From NCBI RefSeq assembly GCF_001194135.2, contig NC_068991.1:10350135-10414134 (forward strand): a DNA stretch of 64,000 nucleotides, written 5' to 3'. The notes below the pieces were generated by a model, which searched no databases, was not told the origin of the DNA, and was given only the letters and a program-made list of their open reading frames with translations. The stretch comes from Octopus bimaculoides. Taxonomy: Eukaryota. This document shows positions 55,201 through 63,819 of the stretch, one piece after another. The position numbers were made by a program, and so were the translations under genes. Position 1 is the first letter of the stretch. Each line of letters begins with the position of its first letter.

Positions 55201-58200
55201 GATGAAAGGCAAAGTCGACCCCGGCAGCATGTGAACTCAAATGTAAAGATAGATGAAATGCCACTAAGCATTTAGCCCAGTGTGCTAAACGGTTCTGCCA
55301 GTTCACTGTCTTAATCAAGACGGTAATATGGATGTCAGTGATGATGATGGTGATGGTGATGGTAATGATTAATGGTGACAATGATAATGAAAAATGTAGT
55401 GTGACACGATGAGAAGAACTGAACTATAAAATGAAGTGAAATGAATTTACCATAATCTTGGAACTTATCCCAAATTTTCAGGGTAGTCTCTGACCGAAAT
55501 TTCGGATGTTCATCGAACAAACTGGAACCGAGGGATCGCAGCAGTAACAAGGCTTGAGCTGATGTTACAGTTCCTGTTTCAGACAACAAAATACAATTAA
55601 ACATTTTGGAGTAATTAACGCACACACATACAAGCAACAATATGATTGATTTCTCACTTGCACAAAAATTACAAATTTTAGGAAATGGAATGACATGGAA
55701 TGGTCAATCGCATCCACCCCTACCCCAGCCGATGTCTGGTTCTTTATGCAATTGAGGATAAAACACAAAGGTGGCCCCAGTGGGATTTGAACTCAGAGTC
55801 TAAAGGATTCTGTCCGATGCGTTACTGATATAATCAATGCATCACCATTAAAACCTAATAACTGTTTCTAATTTAAGGCCATTAACTTTGATGAAAGGGA
55901 ATTAGATTAAACTGACCCTAGTATTTCACTAGTACTTTATCATATTGACCTCCTGACTGGCCCTCATGTCGGTGGCACGTAAAAGCACCCACTACACTCT
56001 TGGAGTGGTTGGCGTTAGGAAGGGCATCCAGCTGTAGAAACTCTGCCAAATTCAGACTGGAGCCTGGTGTAGCCATCTGGTTTCACCAGTCCTCAGTCAA
56101 ATCGTCCAACCCATGCTAGCATGGAAAGCGGACGTTAAACGATGATGATCCTGAAGGATGGAAAGGAAAGTTGACCGTGACAGGATTTGAACTCAGAATG
56201 TAAAGAGCAAGAAGAAATACCATTAAGTACTTTGTTCAATGCTTGCATAAGGCCACAAATTTCAGGAGGGATTAGTTTATCTTATAGAAATCCAACAAAG
56301 AACTTTTGTCTGATGCTCCACTGATGCACACTGGAGTCAATGTAATCGACTTAATCCCTTTGTCTGTCCTTGTTTGTCCCCTCTATGTTTAGCCCCTTGT
56401 GGGCAATAAAGAAATAAGAATAAGAAGCAGACTTTAAAAAATAAGTACTGGCGTCAATTTGTTTGATTGGACCCTTCAAGGTGGTGACCCAGCATGGCTG
56501 CAGACCAAAGGTCAAAAGAAGTAAAAGATAAAATATATGGGAGAATGAAAAGCAAAGTTTCTTCCTGTCTGTAAAAAAGCCCAAATCATTTCCCAGTTTG
56601 CTTATCATTGGGTTCCCTTCACTAGTTGGATGTTTCAGGAAAAACTACAAAGAATACACAAGATTGCATAACAGATTTGAGATAATACTGAAATATGGTT
56701 CTCTTCCCTGGCAAAAACCAAACACTGAAATAGCATTAGAGAAAGAACAAAATGTCTTGGCATGTACCTGCTTTGTCGATTTCGTTTATAAATTCCCGGA
56801 CTTGATTGTAAGACACTCGACCAAATCTATAAAGATTAGTCTCAACATTGACCATAATTCGTTCAGAATTATTCCTGCGAGTGGGAACAAAGCCATTATT
56901 CATGACAAGGGGAGCAGCTTCAGCCTGGGTGCTCACACACCTATATAACAGAAATATAAGTAAAACAAATATGATTCATGACAATATATAAAACTGGAAT
57001 ATGTATGTGCAAGTGTGGAGATATATATATGTGTCCATGTGTATGTGTGTATATACGCACACACCTATAACGAAAATATAACAAATATGATTAATATTTG
57101 ATGATTTGATGACATGCAAATTCATGAAGTGTTCCATATTTTTCAGACACAGGCATGGCTGTGTGGTAAGAAGCTTGCTTCCCAACCACATGGTTCCAGG
57201 TTCAGTCCCACTGCATGGCATCTTGGGTAAGTGTCTTCTACTATAGCCTCAGGCCAACCAAAGCCTTGTGAGACTTAGTCGATGGAAACTGAAAGAAGCC
57301 CATCACACATACACACACACACATATATATGTATGTCTGTATCTGTGTGTATGTCCTCCCATCACCACTTGACAGCTGGTGTTGGTGTGTTTATGTCCCT
57401 GTAACTTAGCGGTACAGCAAAGAGGCCAATAAAGTAAGTACTAGGTTTAAAAGAATAAGTCCTCGGGTCGATTTGTTCAGCTAAAATACTCTTGAAAGTA
57501 GTACTCCAGCATGGCCACAGTGAAATGACTGAAATGAATAAAAGACTATAAAAAGGAATGTGTGTGTGTATATGTGTGTGTGTGCGTAGTCCAAAACTTT
57601 TAAAAGAAAAAAACACTAAATAAAAAACAACAAACAGCAAAAATGGAAGAAGCCTTTGCTGTTTAAAGTCTACACTCTTCCACAGAAAAGATAGAAGATT
57701 ATTGGAGAAAGAAGACTGTATGGCAGATGCACAGGAACAACTTGGTGTGGTGAGGGACAAGGACAGTGCTCCTGTGTCCTTGTTTGAACAGATCTTGTTT
57801 TTAGTTCTGATGGGTGCCCTCACGCCCTCCTCCAAGATTCAAGAATCTGAACCAAGAGGGGAGCCGGTTTAGTCGCCAACGACCCGAGAGGAACGGGAGT
57901 ACATGGGATGACAATTCTTTTCGTGATTCGATTCCCCTTCTATCATTTAAGAAGCTCGTGAGAACCATGACTGCCCTACAAACTGTTTTGAATCTTCCTA
58001 TTGCTATTGTGTCTCATGGTCAGCTTTGATCCAACAGACCTGCGATCAAAAGTCCGACCATCATGTCTTTTTCCTCGGACATAGTGTATCTACAACTACA
58101 TTATCTAAAATGTCATTTACCTTTTAAGATAGTAGTGCAATTTGAGGAAGATTTGGCTGTTATTTCTAGCATTATGAACAACCACAAATGGGCTCCTGTC

Positions 58201-59770
58201 AAATGTTTTTCCTTTTTTAAATATACTAAAATATGATTTGAGAGGAGTCAAACGGCTATTTCTAACAAATTGAGAAACCACGTGGATAATCCCCCATCCT
58301 TTGTTTTATAATAACGTTATTAGTTTTATTTAAAATCTTAAATGCATGAGAAACCTGCCATGAGACGATAGGAAAGTTCAGATGCATATACGGGGTTGCT
58401 CGATCTGCTGGAAATAGCAACCAAATCTCACTCAAACCCGACAGTGTCAAAGAAAAAGAAAAGAAAGAAAGAAGGATATAAAGAAAGAAACGGTCGCATT
58501 AAATACATAACGTAGTTCTAGACATTCACAGTAGACGATATGGTTGCGGCTGAATGCTCATTCGGAGTTGACCTGTAGCTAGACAAGAAAATTTGAAAAG
58601 GAAGGCACGTCCTTTTTATAAAAAGGAACCGTCTTAAAATGGATATCAGATTTGTTTAGGATTTTTTTTTAAATACTAAATATTATAAAGTAAAGTGTCT
58701 GTGTATCATATATATTTTTTATTCCGTCATAAAATCCAAAATGACACAAATAGCGTTAAGAGAATTGTTGTATGAAAAAAAATAACTAATAATTTGACAT
58801 GGCAAAGAAAGGACATCTTTTTGATCAACCTTGAAAAGATGTAAAATGCGGAGACTGACTAGACTGGAAAGTACGACAGGAAGAGGGGAAAAAAGTAAAA
58901 GGTTATAGGGGTCAAATTGTATGTCACGGATTTTAAAAGGGGTTTTAGCATACAGAATAAAACTTAATATGTAATCTATTAATTCATTCTTCTTTAGATG
59001 TGGTTCGAAGGTTATGGGAGCTAATAAAATACAAATGAAGAATGAGAAATCATAAAAATCGATTAAGGGCGAAATAAAAATAATTTCCTGTGATAAACGT
59101 ATTTGTTAATAACAACTATAAAGGGTCATAATTATATTATAATAAGTGCTTTCTCTATCAATAACATTTGCCGGTAAAGAAGCTATTTAGATGCGCACAT
59201 GCTTTTTATTAATTTTTTTTTTTACGTGGATAAGAAGCTTGTTTCCAACCACATGGTTCAAGGTTCAGTCCCACTGCGTGGCACCTTGGATAAGTGTCCT
59301 CCACAACAGCCTCGGGCCAACCAAAGCCCTGTTGAGTGGATTTGGCAGGCTGAAACTGAAAGAAACCCAACGTGTGTGTGTGTGTATGCTTTTAATACCA
59401 TCCAACGGACCCTTCTCAATTAACTATCACTAGATGTATATATATAGACGTGTGTGTATATTAAAATCTAAAGTAAATTTACTCGAATGTTATTTAACAT
59501 TTACTATACAGGCTACTTTTGAATGCGTAAGTGCTTCCTTTTTAAGGGAATCTAGAGTCCCCTTCTAAATTAACAACCCCTACACCTGTAGGTATGTATG
59601 TGCACGTGCTCAAATCTCAACTAAGTTTACCTGAACATCACTGGATTTTTGGCAAAACATGTTTGTCCTTTCAAACAGACATTTCTGGTGAGAGGTGACT
59701 GTCTGGTGAAATGTGAAGTAAAAGATGGTAAGATTCTGCAGATCCGAGCAGCTCGCACCAACGATGCCAT
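20744..59770 (-). CDS. LRPPRC: Leucine-rich PPR motif-containing protein, mitochondrial (LRPPRC); 33 visible coding exons plus at least 3 in gaps
   Basis: Exons chain with GT-AG ends and consistent phases except at three gap-containing introns. The translation includes [84 protein letters not shown] and ELEQLVEMTKNLFGVDRDEM, collinear with remembered human LRPPRC motifs. The N-terminus is Arg-rich and acid-free, like a mitochondrial presequence. Confidence 0.93.
21190..21400 (-). mobile_element. RTE-clade LINE 3' end fragment
   Basis: Translation GRGGPRKVWDKVVRKDLQLLRLTEGTAGDRDCWQFAVLEK matches the GRPRKTW...DL...A.DR..W C-terminal pattern of RTE ORFs. Related pieces lie near 9620-9720, 28100-28200 and 42570-42620. 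Confidence 0.7.
21466..22003 (-). mobile_element. tRNA-derived CORE-like SINE, family B (near full-length, internal microsatellite)
   Basis: Head GTGTGGTAAG...GGTTCAGTCCC (A/B boxes), CORE-like ACCTTGGGCAAGTG, internal (TA/TG)n and TAAAAG tail. Other copies are at about 180, 3776, 4941, 11066, 14790, 18110, 19215, 26770, 40037, 53290, 57150, 59205 and 61880. It resembles described octopus CORE-SINEs (family name not verified). Confidence 0.85.
22140..22282 (-). CDS. LRPPRC: LRPPRC visible exon 32 (AQGDVEGSLAII...QIPIPWK)
   Basis: tag acceptor, gtaagt donor, phase 1 to 0; IPIPW matches the terminal PVPF motif. Needs a hidden upstream exon. Confidence 0.83.
22428..22485. repeat. 58-bp near-perfect loopless palindrome
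   Basis: TATAAGGTTTTTAACTTTTAAAATTTCAT|ATGAAAATTTAAAAGTTAAAAACCTTATA, one mismatch. Confidence 0.9.
23700..23968 (+). mobile_element. SINE family D 3' part (also ~5670-5852, ~17430-17690, ~24130-24340, ~42380-42530, ~43140-43230)
   Basis: Shared AATTCAAAGGGTCAGCCTTGTCAC..GCTGAATATC..GAGAACTACGTTAAGG segment; a tRNA-like head is present in some copies. Confidence 0.65.
24732..24800 (-). CDS. LRPPRC: LRPPRC visible exon 31 (RNSDLLQNTSIL...QEKR)
   Basis: cag acceptor, gtgagt donor, phase 0 to 0. Confidence 0.82.
24995..25110 (-). CDS. LRPPRC: LRPPRC visible exon 30 (EELAYRCEP...SVILE)
   Basis: tag acceptor, gtaagc donor, phase 1 to 0. Confidence 0.83.
25184..25396. mobile_element. piggyBac-like MITE, second family (also 12117-12301; partial at ~9880-9975, ~27800-27910, ~39240-39306)
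   Basis: TTAA-(C/T)CCTTTAG ... CTAAAG(G)-TTAA ends and a shared internal sequence between copies. Confidence 0.7.
26155..26273 (-). CDS. LRPPRC: LRPPRC visible exon 29 (DRSNELLEFL...GKLVT)
   Basis: cag acceptor, gtgagt donor, phase 2 to 1. Confidence 0.83.
27121..27250 (-). CDS. LRPPRC: LRPPRC visible exon 28 (LGWTLQELGSRGSVENL...AYVV)
   Basis: cag acceptor, gtaagc donor, phase 1 to 2. Confidence 0.85.
28382..28530 (-). CDS. LRPPRC: LRPPRC visible exon 27 (RAVDKMFYTEAK...VNRKT)
   Basis: gtaaga donor, phase 2 to 1. The acceptor is ambiguous (exon start 28530 or 28539, both in frame). Confidence 0.72.
28596..28687 (-). CDS. LRPPRC: LRPPRC visible exon 26 (DKMKQSTILEDDIL...KEMIR)
   Basis: cag acceptor, gtaagt donor, phase 0 to 2. 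Needs a hidden upstream exon. Confidence 0.78.
30327..30417 (-). CDS. LRPPRC: LRPPRC visible exon 25 (ISELEQLVEMTKNLFGVDRDEMLFQLIRGY)
   Basis: aag acceptor, gttagt donor, phase 0 to 1. Confidence 0.9.
30948..31285. repeat. 22-bp minisatellite (AAAGGGCAGAGGGGAAAGTATG)n interrupted by a gap
   Basis: Tandem copies read directly; N run at 31136-31231. Confidence 0.9.
31437..31505 (-). CDS. LRPPRC: LRPPRC visible exon 24 (TPGIRAAMIRL...SKEK)
   Basis: cag acceptor, gtaagt donor, phase 0 to 0; TPGIRA motif. Confidence 0.9.
32558..32664 (-). CDS. LRPPRC: LRPPRC visible exon 23 (IDRVTPIHGELNVL...KAKKILE)
   Basis: cag acceptor, gtacgt donor, phase 1 to 0. Confidence 0.9.
33108..33344. mobile_element. 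hAT (Charlie-like) MITE
   Basis: Perfect 16-bp TIR CAGGGGTTTTCAAACT/AGTTTGAAAACCCCTG; 8-bp TSD acctaatc/acctaata. Confidence 0.88.
33593..33717 (-). CDS. LRPPRC: LRPPRC visible exon 22 (EDGNQVLEAIDWL...PEKLQK)
   Basis: cag acceptor, gttaga donor, phase 2 to 1. Confidence 0.87.
34642..34876 (-). CDS. LRPPRC: LRPPRC visible exon 21 (AVALLETYADK...KGYIE)
   Basis: cag acceptor, gtactg donor, phase 1 to 2. Confidence 0.87.
35222..35307 (-). CDS. LRPPRC: LRPPRC visible exon 20 (EDQFPDY...DEGKVS)
   Basis: cag acceptor, gtttgt donor, phase 2 to 1. Confidence 0.85.
36125..36267 (-). CDS. LRPPRC: LRPPRC visible exon 19 (DVTQAEKLKASL...KYLAL)
   Basis: cag acceptor, gtaagt donor, phase 0 to 2. Confidence 0.87.
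37057..37161 (-). CDS. LRPPRC: LRPPRC visible exon 18 (NPLANYTTSQLQ...VRYCATG)
   Basis: cag acceptor, gtgagt donor, phase 0 to 0. Confidence 0.83.
40646..40711 (-). CDS. LRPPRC: LRPPRC visible exon 17 (NFSVDSEFFTVNIQGVPEALQA)
   Basis: tag acceptor, gtaagt donor, phase 0 to 0. Confidence 0.78.
41745..41879 (-). CDS. LRPPRC: LRPPRC visible exon 16 (ILRLCKEMM...NEMKLQ)
   Basis: cag acceptor, gtatgt donor, phase 0 to 0. Confidence 0.83.
42788..42882 (-). CDS. LRPPRC: LRPPRC visible exon 15 (ENKTFIPVIGAIKPY...SFLK)
   Basis: tag acceptor, gtatgt donor, phase 1 to 0. Confidence 0.8.
43520..43607 (-). CDS. LRPPRC: LRPPRC visible exon 14 (EMGITDSDFNCYYF...TAIAF)
   Basis: tag acceptor, gttagt donor, phase 0 to 1. 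Needs a hidden upstream exon. Confidence 0.78.
43742..44273. mobile_element. Rearranged Tc1/mariner remnant with one TIR
   Basis: TA followed by CAGAGTGTCCCAAAAG TIR at 43742. The - strand gives WPSCSPDLTSLDFFL...ERAWVCEAKNGYHLSDVIFHI* (44118-43884). The + strand gives WFQQDG...FGERIISR..WPSRSPDLT (44121-44273). Confidence 0.82.
45425..45494 (-). CDS. LRPPRC: LRPPRC exon 13 ([23 protein letters not shown])
   Basis: cag acceptor, gtaagg donor, phase 0 to 1; matches the GFPIRPHYFWPLL motif. Confidence 0.9.
46805..46842 (-). CDS. LRPPRC: LRPPRC exon 12 (FALELISRMAAE)
   Basis: tag acceptor, gtaagt donor, phase 1 to 0. Confidence 0.85.
47363..47468 (-). CDS. LRPPRC: LRPPRC exon 11 (SVDKLCEYVNRM...YNKT)
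   Basis: cag acceptor, gtgagg donor, phase 0 to 1. Confidence 0.87.
47495..47780. repeat. Degenerate ~23-bp tandem repeat (GTGACTGGTTGTAGAGTGAGAAA-like)
   Basis: Fills the intron between LRPPRC exons 10 and 11. Confidence 0.8.
47806..47997 (-). CDS. LRPPRC: LRPPRC exon 10 (LIPKLSSFRSWNQDAI...GRFFIRALVKSEV)
   Basis: aag acceptor, gtacgt donor (a GT 3 nt upstream is also in frame), phase 0 to 0. Confidence 0.87.
49346..49450 (-). CDS. LRPPRC: LRPPRC exon 9 (LLQEAENDG...EMASK)
   Basis: tag acceptor, gtcagt donor, phase 0 to 0. Confidence 0.85.
49733..50044. mobile_element. hAT MITE nested in a SINE
   Basis: Imperfect TIR CAGTGGTTCTCAAC/GTTGTAAACTCCTG; perfect 8-bp TSD TACTATAG (49725-49732, 50045-50052). 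Confidence 0.85.
50753..50840 (-). CDS. LRPPRC: LRPPRC exon 8 (TAGLEPSCDTYVALACGYIEQG...)
   Basis: cag acceptor, gtaaga donor, phase 2 to 0. Confidence 0.9.
51433..51471 (-). CDS. LRPPRC: LRPPRC exon 7 (DPESAKEILNVMK)
   Basis: cag acceptor, gtaagt donor, 39 nt, phase 2 to 2. Confidence 0.88.
52036..52512. mobile_element. Two tandem piggyBac-like MITEs (52036-52258, 52283-52512)
   Basis: Ends TTAA-CCCTTTT ... AAAAG(G/A)G-TTAA; the two bodies are homologous. Confidence 0.75.
52667..52753 (-). CDS. LRPPRC: LRPPRC exon 6 (KILEHMKSSDLPIGEQVFNSLITGHFRAG)
   Basis: cag acceptor, gtaagt donor, phase 2 to 2. Confidence 0.92.
53062..53254. mobile_element. hAT-type MITE (older)
   Basis: TIR CAGCAGTTCTCAACT/AGTTGAGAGCCACTG; TSD only 5 of 8 matching. 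Confidence 0.65.
53796..53854 (-). CDS. LRPPRC: LRPPRC exon 5 ([19 protein letters not shown])
   Basis: aag acceptor, gtaagg donor, phase 0 to 2. Confidence 0.92.
54475..54519 (-). ncRNA. Minimal hammerhead ribozyme motif (left arm, sense in LRPPRC pre-mRNA)
   Basis: The reverse complement reads GACAC CTGATGA AGGCTGGAGAGTAAATCAACC GAAA TG TT GTG. Confidence 0.55.
54788..54833 (+). ncRNA. Minimal hammerhead ribozyme motif (right arm)
   Basis: CTGATGA 54793-54799, stem II AGGCTG...CAACC, GAAA 54821-54824, stem I CAC/GTG. Stem III reads ATGT rather than palindromic ACGT. Confidence 0.55.
55027..55148 (-). CDS. LRPPRC: LRPPRC exon 4 ([12 protein letters not shown]...EPNR)
   Basis: cag acceptor, gtatgt donor, phase 1 to 0; strongly conserved PPR. 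Confidence 0.93.
55451..55573 (-). CDS. LRPPRC: LRPPRC exon 3 (TVTSAQALLLLRSLGS...KFQDYG)
   Basis: cag acceptor, gtaaat donor, phase 1 to 1. Confidence 0.92.
56768..56940 (-). CDS. LRPPRC: LRPPRC exon 2 (CVSTQAEAA...EIDKAG)
   Basis: tag acceptor, gtacat donor, phase 2 to 1. Confidence 0.82.
59631..59770 (-). CDS. LRPPRC: LRPPRC exon 1 (mitochondrial targeting peptide MASLVRAARICRILPSF...)
   Basis: ATG at 59770, donor AG|gtaaac, phase 2, joins in frame to exon 2. Confidence 0.8.
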
Positions 59771-62663
59771 GTTGTAGAAAAGTAGTCGCCCTCTAAATGA
59801 AGGGCAATGACATTCACAAACTATATTCCTGTCTTTCAAATGTTCCAGCCGGATTAACTGTATAAACGCTCTATCGGAAATATTTTGGATCTTATTTACC
59901 CTTTTATATTTTTTTGAAATAGAAAAAGACGAAATATCTTTATAAGATGAAAATTCGTCAGCCTATTAACCTGATTTTTTAGGAAATAAATAGGGCAGTT
60001 TAATACAACCGGTAATACGCCGGACACATGTTTTGCGTTATTATTTACGTTTCTTTACGTTTTAAGTTCAAATCACACTACAGTCAATTTAGTTGGCTTT
60101 CGGCCTTCGGAATAAGAAGATAATGTAAAATAACTAGTCGAGAACTAGGGTCGATTTAATCACAACAAAAATTGGGATTTGTGCGACTACAGTAAACGCT
60201 TAAGAAAAAAAAAATTCACTTTAATCACAGACTTAGTAATTTTTTAATGAAGAAAAGGCAATTTGTTATTAAGTTTCTGTCTTGATTATTTACATAACTA
60301 AGATTAATAATCACGATTTACAAATGTAAATATTAAAAATGACCAAAAATTAGTGTAATTAATAGTAATATACATTCTTCATTTTGTCTAGACAGCATAT
60401 GATATGATCTACGACTAAAAATGACTTTCACAAAGACCCGACAGATTAGGAACATGCATAGTAAATAATATTCCTCTAATAAAGCACTAATCCCAAATCA
60501 TAGGTCGTGGTATAATTCTGAAAGGGTTGCGAATACAGATATAGATTTTTTCGTTGTCATTTACATTTTTTTTTAATGAGTAAAAAAAGAATTAAAAGTA
60601 CACACGCACACACACACTCTCCCCAAGCTTACATATCGCACTAGGAGATAATTTTACTTCTGAAAATACTGACAAAAAGTTAAAATGTTCGTGAATATAA
60701 ATCATCAGAGGTGCAGCACAAAAGTTACTGCAAACAAAACTGAGGAATATTTCTGAACAAAATAGCAAATGTTAAGCGCATGTCATTCATTTTTAAAAAA
60801 ATGTTAAGCGCATGTCATTCATTTTTAAAAAATATTTATAAAGGAGGGGGGGGTCGATTTTTTTAAAATTATATTTAAATATTTAAAAGAAAAGTGAGTA
60901 GTTTTGTCCAGATAGGTCGCGATGTTAAAAGTTAAGAACCACTGTTAAATGATAAGCTAAATGTGCAAGGATTTATAGCGGAAAATATCCTTCAGATATT
61001 CCCCTACCCTCGAAAGTGAGATCATGTGCAAATGTTAGAACCCAATATCTGTATCCACGCTAGAATTATAATCAGTCGTGGTTGAACAATTGCTGTGCCG
61101 ATGACGTCTATTGCGACAGAGACGAATGCACAATGCTATCCTCTTGTCTGTAGTAAAACAAAAAGACTTTTATTAATGGCGTGTCAATTCTGGAGGATTA
61201 TTTATTGTTGAGATTATCTCCCTTCCTCATAAAGAGCCGTGTACACACACAGACACACACACATACATACACACATACATGCATACATACTAACGCACAC
61301 ACAAACATGCATTTATTTATTTACTTTCGAAGCAAAAATTACATCAATAAATCAACAATTTCCCTAGCACAAGAAATTTAATACAAATCATGGAGAAAAA
61401 AATGTGGTGGTCGGTTGCGTTGTATAAAATGACACGAGGACAAAATATATTGGTTTTAAATTTTGTCATTAGGTTAGCAAGTTCAGGAGAGGGATCTAGT
61501 CGATTACATCAACTCCCCAGTGTTCAATTGGTACTTGTTTTATCGACCTCAAAAGGATGAAAGGCAAAGTCGTTGCCTGCGGAATTTGAACTCAGAACGT
61601 AATGACGGGCAAAATTCCTCTTAGCGTTTTTGCCCGGCGCAATAACGATTCTGGCAGCTCGTCGACTTTAAGGACAAAATATATTAGTTACTGATATTTT
61701 TTACTTTAGTATAGTATATTCGAGATCCGGTAAATTTATTTATTTATTATTTATTTATGCGCCTTTTTCAAGCCTAGCCAGGCTCATGGGCCCGGTTTCC
61801 CGGTTTCTATGGCGTAGATTCCATTGACTTTTAGAACAGAATTAAAACTAGGCGTAGCTAGTATAGTAACAAGTCTGCTTCTCAGGCACATGGTTCCGGG
61901 TTTACTCCCACGCAGTGGAACTAAATCCGGAATTATCGTCTTCTGTAGCCCCAGGCCCGCTTGTAAGTGGATTTAATAGACCGAAACTCAAAGAACCCTC
62001 GAGTTTGTGTGTGTGTGTGCGCGTGTGCGTATATGTATGTATGTATGTATGTTTTGGTGCTTGTGTTTGTCTCCCAGCACAGCTTGACAACCAGTGTTTG
62101 GTTTCTTTACGTTCCCATAACATTGGCGATTCTGCAAAAAGAGACTGATAGAATAAATACCAGGCTCAGAAAAAAATTACTGGGATTGATTCGTTCGACT
62201 AAACTCTTCAGAGCATTGTCCCAGCATGGCCGGGACAGGATTACAGATAAAAGACACTTTTGTATGGAATTTATAGTATTACAAAATGTTTACAAAAGTA
62301 TTAAAGCATATTCCCAATTAATTCCTTAAAGATTATTTTCCCATTATGAAACTCGAAGAACTCTACTTCGATCGACAGTAAAATAAAAAGAATTTCCCAT
62401 TAAAATCAAAAGTTAGGGTGAATTTTCTTGTCACCCAAACTCGTGTGTGTGTGTGTGTGTGTGCCATGTTGTGGAATAGACAAGTAAAGGGAAATAACTG
62501 TATTTACATCGTCATGTACTCGATAACATGTCTAACCGGTGGATTTGTTTTTGTTATTCTTTAGCTCTATGACTGTCCAGGTTAAAAAGACCCAGTCAAA
62601 AGACATTCCGACCGTGATCATCCCGCCTTAAGATAATAGGTTGACTGGATTTGAAAGATGTTT

Positions 62664-62891
62664 CGGTAAATTTTCAGATTAACACCCGCACGATTTTCAC
62701 TAGGGTGTTAGGGTTAGGGTTTTAGGGTCAGGGTTAGGATTTTACGGTTAGTTTTAGGGTTAGGGTTAGGGATTCCGTCCCTAACCGTAACCGTAACCCT
62801 AAACCCTAACCCTAACCTTAACCCTAGCCCTAAAACCCTAACCCTAACACCCTGGTGAAAATCGTGTGGGTGTTAATCGAAAAATTTACCG
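62664..62891. repeat. Palindromic element with (TTAGGG)n then (CCCTAA)n arms and unique terminal inverted repeats
   Basis: About 43-bp non-telomeric IRs (CGGTAAATTTTC...GAAAAATTTACCG), roughly ten degenerate telomeric units per arm, 5-nt loop TTCCG, and direct repeat ATGTTT on both flanks. Confidence 0.85.
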
Positions 62892-63782
62892 ATGTTTTTT
62901 GCGGTCTCAACGATCACGTTGAAGATCTTCTGTTTTATATAAAGTGAAATGCGTAAGATACTCGCTTTTCATTCACGTTGTCCTGCGTTCGATTTCACTA
63001 CGAGGCACCTTCTTCAAGTGTCTACGTACTATAACCTTGAGTGAACACTAGCTTTCTGAGTGAAACTGGGTTGAGGGAGACTGAGAAGAACGCGTCGGTT
63101 AAATTGTACCCATAACTTTAAGGTTTGGCCTTGTTACACTTTATGCTAATTCCACTTGAGAATTACGATAAGGGTGCACGTGGCTTTGGAATACTCAACC
63201 ACTTACACGCTAATTCGGTTTAGCAAGGAGTTCAATTGATCGAACGACTGAATACTCATTGCCCGTATGCCTCATATATCCATGCACCTTATATGACTGT
63301 GTGCCTTATATGCCCAAAAGTACAGTACATCTTTGTACACATATACTCTTTTCCATATTCCCCACCCAAGGATTGCTTCTTCTGATATTCACTCATCTAC
63401 AGAGAACACACAATTAAAATTCAAATCACGTTATTCTTATAACGCTTTATCTTTCTTTATCTACCTTTATAAACCTTTATCTTCATAAACATGTATATAT
63501 ATTAAAACTAACCCCTTGGAATAAAAAAGGTCTACTTATTTAAAACACCAAAACACACACTTTTTTCTGACATTTATTGATAACCTATCCAGTTAGAATT
63601 TGATAATTTTAATGGCACTCATATTACTTATCTACATATCTGCAGCACAGAATTTTGTCGGTGAACAGGTCGTGGTCTCAAAGCGATGAAAATATTTTGG
63701 CAAATATAAATTTAAATGTTGAAGTGAATCTAACGGTTTTTGTATGTTTTAAATGGCTTATAAACACCTTTCACGCTGCAAT

Positions 63783-63816
<34 letters not shown>

Positions 63817-63819
<3 letters not shown>

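Noticed and set aside
57150-57225. tRNA-like sequences (A/B boxes) at many positions
   Set aside because: Each continues into SINE body sequence and no complete cloverleaf could be folded, so no tRNA gene is called.
57362-58029. ORFs of 157 aa (-) and 71 aa (+) in LRPPRC intron 1
   Set aside because: Largely SINE-derived or low-complexity; exons 1 and 2 join in frame without them.
20744-59770. LRPPRC as a pseudogene because of three phase breaks
   Set aside because: All visible exons are stop-free with canonical splice sites, and each break coincides with an assembly gap.
61094-61132. Hairpin TGTGC-CGATGA-CGTCT...AGACG-AAT-GCACA resembling a hammerhead
   Set aside because: It lacks CUGA, GAAA and any stem III or cleavage triplet.
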